Of a DNA stretch of 64,000 bases, positions 52,546 to 62,117 are shown piece by piece. The notes below the pieces were generated by a model, which saw nothing but the letters and a program-made list of their open reading frames with translations, searched no databases and had not been told where the DNA came from. The stretch's first letter is position 1. Every line of letters begins with the position of its first letter. The translations under genes were made by a program, and so were the position numbers. The stretch comes from Bacteroidota bacterium (lineage in GTDB: Bacteria > Bacteroidota > Bacteroidia > 2-12-FULL-35-15): NCBI GenBank assembly GCA_947479085.1, contig CANJYB010000005.1, positions 131,135 to 195,134 of the forward strand, written 5' to 3'.

Positions 52546-53994
52546 CTAGATACTTATTGTTACCCCAACAGAGAAGGGATATTCCTGCGGTCCTTTATCT
52601 TTTTGAAATAAACGGTTAAGACCATAATTTGCAAATACAGAAACATGATTGTACCCAACACGAACTATGGCACTGTAGCGGAATGGCTCTAAATTAAAAT
52701 CATCACGTTGTTTTATTTTGTAATGATGGTCATCTAAATTATACAACTGCTTGGTAACTGAATGAATGCGGTAAGCAAATTCAATACCTCCGGCAATGTG
52801 AAAATTATTATGCGGATTTTTACTCGTGTTGATTTCCAGCATTAGTGGCACTTTAATGTAGCTAACATTCAAATTGTTTTTCTTATAACTAATAGAGTCT
52901 TGAATTCCTCTAACATAAGCACTGCTATCGGTGCTCAATGAAATTTTATTTTTGAAAGCATAATGATTAAAATCGAAACCGATACCTGTTACCAGATTTA
53001 TATAGTTTTTATAGATGTGAAAGTTTTTCTGAAAAAGGTTTAATCCAAACTGGTATGATTTAGCATAGTTTAATTCCATAAATGTTGCACCCTGAGCCAC
53101 ATCTAAAGTGTTTTTATAATCCAACAATCCATTTACTCCAAAGTCCAATCCTCTCCAGTTCTTATAGGATTTATTGTATTCGTGAATAGAATCTTTTCTT
53201 GAATAACCATTTCTGGAATGATAGTCGTCATTGTCGCCAATAATCATGTATTTCTTTTTTCCTAACTTAAATTTGGTGGTATCATTTGCTGTTTCTTCAC
53301 CATTGCCGCTTTTGCTTTCGCGCACAGAACCTGCACCGGTAATATTTACATTCCGTTCTCCGGGGTTTCCTTTATAAATTACTGACCCTGCACCCGAAAC
53401 ATCTGCATCGAGGCTTTGTTTTACATTTACTTTGGCATCTCCCGCTCCTGACACCTTTACTTTTGCCTTATCAGTTTCCACGTTACTAGCTTTCAAATCC
53501 CCTGCTCCGGAAACATCGGCTGTTAAAAGCTGGGAACTTCCTTTTAATGAAACATCACCTGCCCCACTGATTTCTGTTTTTATCTCGGTGGCTTTTACTT
53601 CGAGGTGCACATCACCTGCTCCGTTTGATTTGATAAATAACTTATCACATATTAATTGATTCTCTGTTTTTACATCTGCAGAGCCGGAAACGTCCAAGCT
53701 GTTTAATGCTTTTACATTAATTAAAATGTTTACTGTTTTATCTGTTTTAATATTTCCTTCAGTTGAGATAGAAAGTATTCCATCTTTCACTTCAGTTTTT
53801 ATTTGTCCCTGCAAATTTTCCGGTGCTTCTACTTTTACCGTGTTAGCATCGCCCTGTGAAACAAGAATGTTAAAAGCATCTCCTGCCTTAATTCCTGTAA
53901 AATCTCCAACATTTCTTGTTTGTTGTGCCTGTATGGTTAATGAAGATACTCCTATTAAAAGAGAAGCTGCAATGGTTGTTATTTTTAATTTCAT
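52546..53994 (-). CDS. Fusion of a DUF2807/GIN (adhesin-head-like) domain to a C-terminal outer-membrane beta-barrel
   Basis: Signal peptide, repeated SGAGDV / SGSADV motifs in the N-terminal half, and amphipathic beta strands with a terminal aromatic residue in the C-terminal half. Confidence 0.6.
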   Translation of the reverse strand: MKLKITTIAASLLIGVSSLTIQAQQTRNVGDFTGIKAGDAFNILVSQGDANTVKVEAPENLQGQIKTEVKDGILSISTEGNIKTDKTVNILINVKALNSLDVSGSADVKTENQLICDKLFIKSNGAGDVHLEVKATEIKTEISGAGDVSLKGSSQLLTADVSGAGDLKASNVETDKAKVKVSGAGDAKVNVKQSLDADVSGAGSVIYKGNPGERNVNITGAGSVRESKSGNGEETANDTTKFKLGKKKYMIIGDNDDYHSRNGYSRKDSIHEYNKSYKNWRGLDFGVNGLLDYKNTLDVAQGATFMELNYAKSYQFGLNLFQKNFHIYKNYINLVTGIGFDFNHYAFKNKISLSTDSSAYVRGIQDSISYKKNNLNVSYIKVPLMLEINTSKNPHNNFHIAGGIEFAYRIHSVTKQLYNLDDHHYKIKQRDDFNLEPFRYSAIVRVGYNHVSVFANYGLNRLFQKDKGPQEYPFSVGVTISI

Positions 53995-54188
53995 AATAAA
54001 TTATTTTTTGTTGATTTTGATAGTAAGACGACCGAGGGAATGAATTTGTTACAGGTGAATGGAAATATTTTTAAGAAGTAATGGAAATAGAATTGAAAGT
54101 TATGATTTGTGGCTTAACAATATATTAACAATAAGAAATTATTCAGTTAGTACTGGCAGGGTACTTTTGTGCCCATAAAACAAATGAA

Positions 54189-54557
54189 ATGAACAAAATA
54201 CTAATAGTGGATGATGAACCGGATATTTTAGAGTTCTTATCCTACAACTTCCGGAAAAAGGATTTTTTAGTTATTACAGCCAATGATGGAAAGGAAGGTT
54301 TGGAACGTGCCATGCAGGAATCTCCGGAGATTATTATTTCTGATATATTAATGCCGGAAATGGACGGGATAGAAATGTGTAAAGAAATAAAGAAGAATAT
54401 AAAGTTTACTACCACCCCATTTATTTTTCTTACTGCGGTAAACGATGATTATAAGGTATTGTATGCCATGAGCTCGGGAGCTAACCAGTTTGTTTCAAAA
54501 CCTATTAAGTTTGAGTACCTATTATCTATTGTGAACCAAACCCTGGCGGTTCATTAG
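54189..54557 (+). CDS. Stand-alone response-regulator receiver domain (CheY-like)
   Basis: DDEPD, the phospho-acceptor D in ISDILMPEMDG, and conserved T and K residues. Confidence 0.85.
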   Translation: MNKILIVDDEPDILEFLSYNFRKKDFLVITANDGKEGLERAMQESPEIIISDILMPEMDGIEMCKEIKKNIKFTTTPFIFLTAVNDDYKVLYAMSSGANQFVSKPIKFEYLLSIVNQTLAVH

Positions 54558-54692
54558 TTATTTCTTCCTTTAGGAAGTATTTTCCCAACTTTTATTGCTT
54601 TCGGACAATTTTTTCCGGCAAAACCCCCTTTGAAAGAAAATCCCCCAAAAATGAATAAAAGGGTAAAAATGAGCACTAAATGGATTAAATAT

Positions 54693-54722
54693 TTTGGCGT
54701 ATTCATTAAAATACTATATTTG
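54693..54722 (+). promoter_or_regulatory. Bacteroidota sigma-A promoter TTTG-N18-TATATTTG upstream of hup
   Basis: Shares the 17-mer ctatatttgcaccccaa with the secDF promoter. Confidence 0.4.
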
Positions 54723-54779
54723 CACCCCAAATTAAAAAAAGAGTAATTAATTATTTGATTTTAAACAAATTAAAAGAGT

Positions 54780-55085
54780 ATGACAAAAGCACAAATTGTA
54801 AATGACATTGCAAAGAAAACCGGAATGGAAAAAGTAGAGATTTCAGCTACTGTTGAAGCATTTATGAAAGCGGTTAAAGAAAGCATGATTGAAGGAGAAA
54901 ACGTTTATTTAAGAGGTTTTGGAACCTTTATTGTAAAAAAACGCGCTGAAAAAACAGGAAGAAATATTTCTAAAAACACATCGGTTATTATTCCGGCACA
55001 TTACTTTCCAACATACAAACCTGCAAAGGAGTTTGCTGAAAATGTAAAGGCGGCAGTAAAAGTATCAAAAAAAGGAGCAAAGTAA
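54780..55085 (+). CDS. hup: HU-family DNA-binding protein
   Basis: The RGFGTF beta-arm motif and overall HU pattern, with a Lys-rich tail. Confidence 0.9.
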   Translation: MTKAQIVNDIAKKTGMEKVEISATVEAFMKAVKESMIEGENVYLRGFGTFIVKKRAEKTGRNISKNTSVIIPAHYFPTYKPAKEFAENVKAAVKVSKKGAK

Positions 55086-55121
55086 TTTCAAATGTCAGAT
55101 TTAGCAATCTGAAATTAAAAA

Positions 55122-55952
55122 ATGTCTGTAAACAAAACGCAAATAGCAGTAATTGCAGGCTCAGTAGTATTAATCGTTCTTTTATTATTTGCAAATACCG
55201 ATCTTCCTAAAAAAGAGGAAGTGAAAATGTCGGAACACCCGGGGCCTAACGGTGCTGGAATGTTAACATTAGTAGAAAGTGCAAAAGCAAGTTTAACTGT
55301 TTCTCAGAAAAAGGAAATGGATAAGTTGGATGAAGCTGTAAAATCTTCTCCCGACAAAAAGAAAGCTTTTGAGAACATTATCAACCAATGGGACAGTTTG
55401 AGACAGCCAGCAGTGGCAGCTCATTATATGGAAGAGGCCGCAAAAGCATCTCCAAATGAAAAGAACTGGAGCGAAGCAGGGAACAGGTATTATGCCGCTA
55501 CCCGATTTGCTAAAGAACCTGACAAACCTTTGCTTTACAGCAAAGCGATGGAATGTTTTGAAAAGACATTGGAACTAAACCCGAAAAACGTGGAGGCCAA
55601 GATAAACCTTGGAGCCTGTTATGTGGAAGGTAGTGCCGAGCCAATGAAAGGTATAGGGATGCTTCGCGAAGTGGAAAAAACAGATTCGAATAATGTGAAC
55701 CTGCAATTGAACTTCGCTTTCTTCTCCGAAAAATCGAGACAATGGGACAGGGCCATAAAACGTTTTCAAAAGGTGTTGGTTATTCAGCCTGATTTCATTG
55801 AAGCGTATTTGCACCTGGCAGATGCTTATCAGCAGAAAGGCGACAAAGCTAAGTCGATTGAAAGCCTGGAAGCGTATCTTTCGAAAACGGATGATGTGAC
55901 AGTGAAAGCGGAAATTCAGGATTATATTAACAAACTGAAGAGCGAGAAATAA
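55122..55952 (+). CDS. TPR-repeat protein with an N-terminal membrane anchor
   Basis: TM helix followed by several 34-aa TPR-like repeats. Confidence 0.7.
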   Translation: MSVNKTQIAVIAGSVVLIVLLLFANTDLPKKEEVKMSEHPGPNGAGMLTLVESAKASLTVSQKKEMDKLDEAVKSSPDKKKAFENIINQWDSLRQPAVAAHYMEEAAKASPNEKNWSEAGNRYYAATRFAKEPDKPLLYSKAMECFEKTLELNPKNVEAKINLGACYVEGSAEPMKGIGMLREVEKTDSNNVNLQLNFAFFSEKSRQWDRAIKRFQKVLVIQPDFIEAYLHLADAYQQKGDKAKSIESLEAYLSKTDDVTVKAEIQDYINKLKSEK

Positions 55953-56006
55953 AAGAGATTACTAAATTTAGAATTCATTATTAATAATTTATAATACCAA
56001 CAGAAA

Positions 56007-56096
56007 ATGCCAAGCGGTAAAAAAAGAAAACGTCATAAAATGGCGACTCACAAACGTAAAAAACGTTTGAGAAAAAACAGACATAAGAAAAAATAA
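56007..56096 (+). CDS. 29-aa extremely basic peptide MPSGKKRKRHKMATHKRKKRLRKNRHKKK, possibly a bTHX / AURKAIP1-COX24-like ribosome-associated peptide
   Basis: Not in the ORF track because it is under 60 aa. Intact ATG to TAA in an intergenic gap. Confidence 0.45.
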   Translation: MPSGKKRKRHKMATHKRKKRLRKNRHKKK

Positions 56097-56294
56097 TTCC
56101 TTAGCGGAATTATAGCTCTATGCATTAGTAACATAATAAACAGGATGGAAAATTTCCATTCTGTTTATCTATGCACTTATATATGTGTGTTTTATTTCGG
56201 GAAACCGAAAACAACCTTAGAAACATCAACCAATTATTTTGCATTCTCCGAAAGCGCGAGGTGGGATAATTGTATTTATTTAAAACTTTAAAGA

Positions 56295-57848
56295 GTGAAC
56301 AACGAATTAATCATTGATTCCACTCCCTCCGAAGTTGTTATTGCCTTATTAAATGATAAGCGATTAGTAGAACTCAATCGCGAACGAAGCAACAATAACT
56401 ATACGGTTGGCGACATATATCTTGGACGGGTAAAAAAAGTAATGCCCGGATTGAATGCCGCCTTTGTGGATGTTGGATACGAAAAAGATGCATTTTTGCA
56501 TTACCTGGACTTAGGTCCGCAGGCCAATTCCTTTTGCAAATACACCAAACTGGTGCAAACGGATAAGCAAACCACTTCCAACTTAATGTATTTTAAGCTG
56601 GAAAATGATATTCCGAAAGATGGCAAAATAGGAACTATTATTAATGCGAATCAGCAAATTCTGATTCAGATTGCCAAGGAACCTATTTCTACAAAAGGTC
56701 CGAGAATAACCACCGAAATTTCATTAGCAGGAAGATACATTGTCCTGATTCCTTTCTCCGATAAAATTTCTGTTTCACAGAAAATAAAAACTACCGAAGA
56801 AAAGACCCGGCTGAAAAGATTACTTGCGAGTATAAAACCTAAAAACTTTGGGGTAATTATTCGTACGGTTGCTGAAGGAAAATCGGTTGCTGATTTGGAT
56901 GCGGATTTGAATGACCTGATTAAGAAATGGGAAATTTGTTATCAAGCTTTGAAAACTGCTCAACCACCACAAAAGGTGTTGGGAGAGATTGACAGAACTT
57001 CTGCCATACTTCGCGATTTGCTGAATGCAAGTTTCAACAGCATTCATATCAATGACCCTGCATTGTACGAAGAAACAAAAACCTACCTGCAAACCATTGC
57101 ACCGGATAAAGAAAAAATTCTGAAACTGTATAAAGGTACTGTTCCCATCTTCGACAATTTTGGAGTGGACCGACAGATAAAAGCATTGTTTGGAAAAACA
57201 GTGACCATGAAAAGCGGTGGTTACCTGATAGTGGAGCATACGGAAGCGATGCACGTTATTGATGTAAACAGTGGAAACCGTGCCAAATCGGATAATAACC
57301 AGGAAACAAATGCGTTTGAAATAAACCTGGAAGCAGCTGTGGAAGTTGCTCGTCAGCTTCGGTTGAGAGATATGGGTGGAATCATTGTGGTCGATTTTAT
57401 TGATTTGCATAATGCTGAAAACCGTAAACTGTTGTTTGAAAAGATGCGGGACGAAATGGCTAAGGACCGTGCGAAACACAACATTCTTCCTCCTTCCAAA
57501 TTCGGATTGATACAGATTACCCGTCAGCGCGTTCGACCGGAAATGAATATAGTTACTGTGGAAAAATGCCCAACCTGTGGAGGTACTGGCGAGATACAGG
57601 CAAGTATATTATTGATGGATCAGATTGAAAATAACGTACGCTATATATTAAAGGAACAAAACGAAAGTGGTGTTACCCTTTGTGTGCATCCTTACCTGGA
57701 AGCGTATATTACCCGTGGTTTGTTTACTTCGCTTCGCAGAAAATGGAGCAAGAAATACGGAAAGACGCTGAAAGTAAAAGCGATGTCTTCGTATAACTTT
57801 TTGGAATATCATTTTTTGAATAAAAATGAGGATGAGATAAAGATTTAA
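56295..57848 (+). CDS. rng: Ribonuclease G / E family endoribonuclease
   Basis: S1 domain followed by the RNase E/G catalytic core, and a C-terminal zinc-link-like CPTCGGTG. Confidence 0.85.
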   Translation: MNNELIIDSTPSEVVIALLNDKRLVELNRERSNNNYTVGDIYLGRVKKVMPGLNAAFVDVGYEKDAFLHYLDLGPQANSFCKYTKLVQTDKQTTSNLMYFKLENDIPKDGKIGTIINANQQILIQIAKEPISTKGPRITTEISLAGRYIVLIPFSDKISVSQKIKTTEEKTRLKRLLASIKPKNFGVIIRTVAEGKSVADLDADLNDLIKKWEICYQALKTAQPPQKVLGEIDRTSAILRDLLNASFNSIHINDPALYEETKTYLQTIAPDKEKILKLYKGTVPIFDNFGVDRQIKALFGKTVTMKSGGYLIVEHTEAMHVIDVNSGNRAKSDNNQETNAFEINLEAAVEVARQLRLRDMGGIIVVDFIDLHNAENRKLLFEKMRDEMAKDRAKHNILPPSKFGLIQITRQRVRPEMNIVTVEKCPTCGGTGEIQASILLMDQIENNVRYILKEQNESGVTLCVHPYLEAYITRGLFTSLRRKWSKKYGKTLKVKAMSSYNFLEYHFLNKNEDEIKI

Positions 57849-57877
57849 ATGTGAGATAATAAATTTGAGTATTGAGA

Positions 57878-57912
57878 AATGCCCCCGCAGATATTGTGGG
57901 GGCATTTTTTGT
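57878..57912 (+). terminator. Rho-independent terminator after rng
   Basis: gcccccgca / tgtgggggc stem followed by TTTTTT. Confidence 0.6.
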
Positions 57913-57984
57913 TTGGAATCTTAATGAAGGCTACACCAAATGGGAGCAAGTTAAGACGATAAATACTATCCTCTTTTTAAAAAC

Positions 57985-58811
57985 CTATTTCCCGCCAATA
58001 GTAAACTTATGCTGTGAAGTCGTTTTGCCATCACTCACTATAAGGTAATACATTCCATTGGGAAATGTATTGGCTTTTATCTCGTTAAATAAAATGGTAT
58101 TGATTCCTGTAAACAGTTTTTTTGTATCGCTATACATCAATTCTCCTAACTGATTGTAGATGGATAGATTCACTTTATTAGTGGTGCCGGAGTTTATAGA
58201 AATACTGCTTTTATCTGTTACCGGATTTGGAAAAATGTCTGTTTCGAAGAGTGGTTTATTGGTTTCAGCAATACCTGCTGCTGAAACGGATGTAACCCTG
58301 ACACTATCCATAACTACATCTGTTAATGGCCTGTCGCTGGAATTGGTGGGTACCACTCCTATGGCCTGAACTACAGAAAAATTATTTATAACAATACCAA
58401 AAACAGGGTAATTAGGATTTAAGAAATTATTGTTAACGAGGTTAATAAAAAACTGGCTTTCGCCAGTGTTGGGTCCTGAGTTTGCCATCGCTAGGACCTT
58501 TTGCAGGTTTAAATTCGGAGCAGTAAGCTCGTCCTGAATAGGAATTCCGGTACCGCCAAAGCCTGTGCCTAAGGGGTCTCCGCCCTGAATCATAAAGCCC
58601 GCTATTACGCGATGAAAAATAACTCCGTCATAAAAATGAGTATTTACTAATCCCAAAAAATTGGTGTTGTTATTGGCCGGGCAACATCATACAAACTTGC
58701 TTCAAAGTTGCCCATATTGGTGTAAAAGGTAACGTGCGTAGATTGCGCCTTAGCAAAATTTGAAATAAGGACGAATGAAATAAGTAAAAAAGAAATGGCT
58801 GTTTTTTTCAT
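57985..58811 (-). pseudogene. Cyclophilin-type peptidyl-prolyl isomerase with a T9SS type-A C-terminal sorting domain, disrupted by a frameshift near 58647-58668
   Basis: The N-terminal ORF 58647-58811 (signal peptide plus HVTFYTNMGNFEASLYDVARPITT) and the ORF 57985-58656 (NFLGLVNTHFYDGVIFHRVIAGFMIQGGDP...) are consecutive cyclophilin segments in frames one nucleotide apart. The C-terminus is a T9SS tail ending YYLIV. Confidence 0.65.
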
Positions 58812-58973
58812 TGTTTATATTTTATGTTTTGTATTAAATGTTTTTTGGGTGTTTTTGATGTGTTTAATTTTTAGTAAAAGTATGAAATTTATTACGCAAA
58901 TCTCTTTAAAAAAAACTCCCCTGATTTTTACACCAGGGGAGTTTTTTGTTTTTACAGAACTGACAGCTTAAGG

Positions 58974-59897
58974 CTATTCAGTAAGCATAATTATCTTATG
59001 AAGCTTTTCCGAACCCGGAGAAAAATGATAAGCCAACTCAGACTGAATAGCAAACCCTCTGCACGTATAAGTAATATTATAATCACCAGGAATCACTTTC
59101 ACATTTTTAAATCTTCCCAAATTGCTTGTCAATGAAGTATAAGTTACCGAAGGTTCATCTGTTTTAACCAGCGTAGCCAATACATTTGCAATTGGATTTC
59201 CTGCACTGTCTTTTGCTGTTCCTCTGAATTTTGTAAAAGTACTACCCGCATCCAGTATAATTCTCGCGCTGTAATATCCTTTGTAAAATGTAGCTTGCGA
59301 CACCTTTATAGAAGTTACCAACCTATCCATAATATTTTTAAACTGTATATCAATAGTCGAGCGGATAAGCGCCTTCATATCATCATTAGCAGTCTTTTTA
59401 CTCACTATGGCCTGCCTTGGTCGCTGAATCGAAGTACTGTAATTATTTATCGCCACTCCAAATGCTGTTACTATCGGAGCCGTTATCCCTGCCGGACCCA
59501 ACGCAGCAATATTAGTATTAGCAGCCCCCATAATAACTATACAAACATCATCCACATCCTCCTTCGATAATCTGTCCAGCTTCGACTGGTTGTAATTTAC
59601 CAACGCAGCCAGCCTATTATTCACCGGATTCAGGCTGTTTGCATACGCAAAAACAGCCGAAGCACATTGAAGCGCAAACTCAGTCATCGTTTTCCTTAGT
59701 TGATTCGTATCCTGGGTAACACCCGTTGTAGTCCCAGTCACCACACCGTTTAATATCCCGATAGCAGTCACATTACTTTTCACCACCGTCAAAGTAGTAC
59801 CGTAAAGCGCAAGCCCCGATACAGGAGCAGTATTAGCATCCGAAAATTCAACAACTGTATTAATCATGTTGAATAAATTTGTTTCTTTCGTGTTCAT
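58974..59897 (-). CDS. Hypothetical 307-aa protein with no signal peptide. The C-terminal ~80 aa resembles a carboxypeptidase-regulatory-like beta-sandwich.
   Basis: ORF 33 nt downstream of an HTH gene on the same strand. No family recognised. Confidence 0.45.
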   Translation of the reverse strand: MNTKETNLFNMINTVVEFSDANTAPVSGLALYGTTLTVVKSNVTAIGILNGVVTGTTTGVTQDTNQLRKTMTEFALQCASAVFAYANSLNPVNNRLAALVNYNQSKLDRLSKEDVDDVCIVIMGAANTNIAALGPAGITAPIVTAFGVAINNYSTSIQRPRQAIVSKKTANDDMKALIRSTIDIQFKNIMDRLVTSIKVSQATFYKGYYSARIILDAGSTFTKFRGTAKDSAGNPIANVLATLVKTDEPSVTYTSLTSNLGRFKNVKVIPGDYNITYTCRGFAIQSELAYHFSPGSEKLHKIIMLTE

Positions 59898-59930
59898 TTT
59901 AATTTAAGTTTAAGTTAGTTAATCATTTAT

Positions 59931-60176
59931 TTATAATTGTTTATTTTCATCACTCGATTCTTTTAACATTTCCCATAATTCTTGACCAAATCCCCCACCA
60001 GCTATTTTATTTAAGCTCGATAGTTTTAAATCATGTTTCCCCCTGATTACCTTCCTGATAGTATATTCACACACTCCACATTGTTTGGCAAAAGCATTAT
60101 TTGTCATACCGGTTTTCAATACCTTTCTTCTTATTAAATCGCAGACTATTATTAAAATCTCTTCCTCCATGACCAC
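59931..60176 (-). CDS. XRE-family helix-turn-helix transcriptional regulator
   Basis: HTH pattern GMTNNAFAKQCGVCEYTIRKVIRG. Confidence 0.6.
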   Translation of the reverse strand: MVMEEEILIIVCDLIRRKVLKTGMTNNAFAKQCGVCEYTIRKVIRGKHDLKLSSLNKIAGGGFGQELWEMLKESSDENKQL

Positions 60177-60334
60177 AAAAATGTTGTTTTCAACAAACTT
60201 TTCTTCGTGTTATAACACGAATTTTCAAAATCCCTCAAATAAATAAATTTTCAAAATCTCTAAAAATCATCGTCAAACCCATAATATCATTAGCTAATCA
60301 ACTAATACTAATTGTCAAATTCAAAAATCGGAAC

Positions 60335-60560
60335 GTCAAACAAATGAGTAGGGATGTCAAACAAATGAGCAAGGAAGTCAAACAAACTAGCAAGGAAGTC
60401 AAACAAACGAGCAAGGAAGTCAAACAAACGAGCAAGGAAGTCAAACAAATGAGCAAGGAAGTCAAACAAACGAGCAAGGAAGTCAAACAAATGAGTAAGG
60501 AGTTCGAACAAATGAGCAAGGAAGTCAAACAAATGAGTAAGGAAGTTAAACAAGCGAAGG
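60335..60560. repeat. About ten tandem 21-bp repeats (gtcaaacaaa[tc]gagcaaggaa). On the + strand they would encode a heptad SKEVKQ(M/T) peptide, track ORF 60344-60574.
   Basis: Direct reading. Variation among copies is confined to a single codon. Confidence 0.8.
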
Positions 60561-60649
60561 AAAGGATGAAATAAACGAGTAAGCAAATTGAAAAAACAAA
60601 TCCTAATATCAATGAATTTATCCCTGGTGTAAAACAAATAAATTTCCGG

Positions 60650-61310
60650 TTGAAACTAAACGGAAGCGATTTTTTGCCTTTGTTGGTGTTTTGCCTTTGT
60701 TGGTGTTTTCTTTTTGCCTTTGTTGCTGTTTTCACCAACAAACGCTCACAATTAAATAATCCTAATTTTGCAAAATGGTTTCTTTCCGAAAAACATCCCG
60801 ATATTTATTTATTTACAGCTACCAACCTTAATTGGATAAAACTACTTGAAGAAGATGAAAATAAAAATATCGTAATAAATAGTTTGAAATTCTTAACCGA
60901 TAATAAAAGAGTAAAAGTTTTTGGTTTTGTAATTATGCCAAACCATATACATCTTCTTTGGCAAATACTCGAACCACACAAAACTGAAAACGTGCAAAGA
61001 GATTTTTTAAAATATACCGCACAACAAATTAAATGGAACCTGGTAAATAAAGATTCTCCATTATTGGATGAAATTAAAGTAAATGCAAAAGACAAGAGAT
61101 ACCAATTATGGGAACGAAATCCTTTGTAGCTTGAAATTGATAATACAGATACACTTTTGCAGAAACTAAATTATATTCATAATAATCCTTGCCAGCCTGA
61201 ATGGTTGTTAGCTGAAAAACAGGAAGATTACCATTATTCAAGTGCTGCATTTTACATTCTTGATAAGAAGGAGTTTGATTTCCTTGTTAGATTTGATGAA
61301 GTAATGTAAA
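60650..61310 (+). pseudogene. IS200-like / REP-associated tyrosine transposase (RAYT, HuH family) interrupted by an in-frame TAG at 61127-61129
   Basis: HuH motif VIMPNHIHLLW upstream of the stop. Downstream in the same frame continues ...LQKLNYIHNNPCQPEWLLAEKQEDYHYSSAAFY, the conserved catalytic-Tyr region of TnpA-IS200/RAYT. Confidence 0.7.
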
Positions 61311-61468
61311 TTTGTATTGTGAGAAAAAAAATGGAAAAGAAAGCTTAGTTCGTTTGCAGGTGAAAAAATCCCGCACGTGCGGGACAAAGGCATCCTTTTA
61401 TGTAAATTTAAAGGGGTAAATAGTTATAAAAAAAGGAACACCTGCAAGGGCTAAAAATTGTAGAATAC

Positions 61469-61954
61469 TTGACAGTCATCACGAAAAATAAAATGAAAAA
61501 AATATTTTTAACTTTCTTCTTTGTTTTAATAATATCGGGATGTCTGTTTTCACAAACAGAATGCTACTTTGTAAAACATTTTCTTTCTTCAGAAAGAGAA
61601 GCAACAGAACCCCGTTATACCTTTTGTGGAAATTCTGGTGACTATATAACAACGGTAGATGAATTTAAAAAGTGTAAAAAGAAACTAACTCCAATTGAAA
61701 AATATATGATAATACCATCTTTCCATATAACAGTATTGCAATATACAGAAAATGGAAAAGATAGTATCATTACACACTTTGAGAACGATGGTAATGTTTT
61801 TAGAAGAAAAACAATTAAAGGAATTAACAAGTTAATAAGTGACAAAAGATTTATTAGCGAATTATTAATACATCGTGTACTTGTTTCAAATAAGGAATGT
61901 AATTGCATGTGGAAACCACAATTTATGATAATTAAACTAAAACAAACTACTTAA
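61469..61954 (+). CDS. Hypothetical secreted protein or lipoprotein. The likely start is MKKIFLTFFF at 61493.
   Basis: A signal peptide with a Cys lipobox-like residue (ISGCLF). No family recognised. Confidence 0.45.
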   Translation: MTVITKNKMKKIFLTFFFVLIISGCLFSQTECYFVKHFLSSEREATEPRYTFCGNSGDYITTVDEFKKCKKKLTPIEKYMIIPSFHITVLQYTENGKDSIITHFENDGNVFRRKTIKGINKLISDKRFISELLIHRVLVSNKECNCMWKPQFMIIKLKQTT

Positions 61955-62117
61955 AGCACACGACCTGTATGGAGAAGAAAGAAAAGCCTTAATTCTTTTA
62001 TATATCCACACTCTATTACTTCCTCTCTAATCTAAATTTCTTTTCCAAGATTTGCTTACATTTGAGCAAATAAAAAACTATCCAAATTAGTTTATGATAA
62101 ATGGCAACAAAGGCAAA

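Noticed and set aside
60298-60741. 147-aa and 109-aa - strand ORFs across the 21-bp repeat
   Set aside because: A strict 21-bp period keeps all frames open. The - strand translations are poly-(LTSLLIC)/(LFDFLAR) with no start context. A coding role, if any, more plausibly lies on the + strand.
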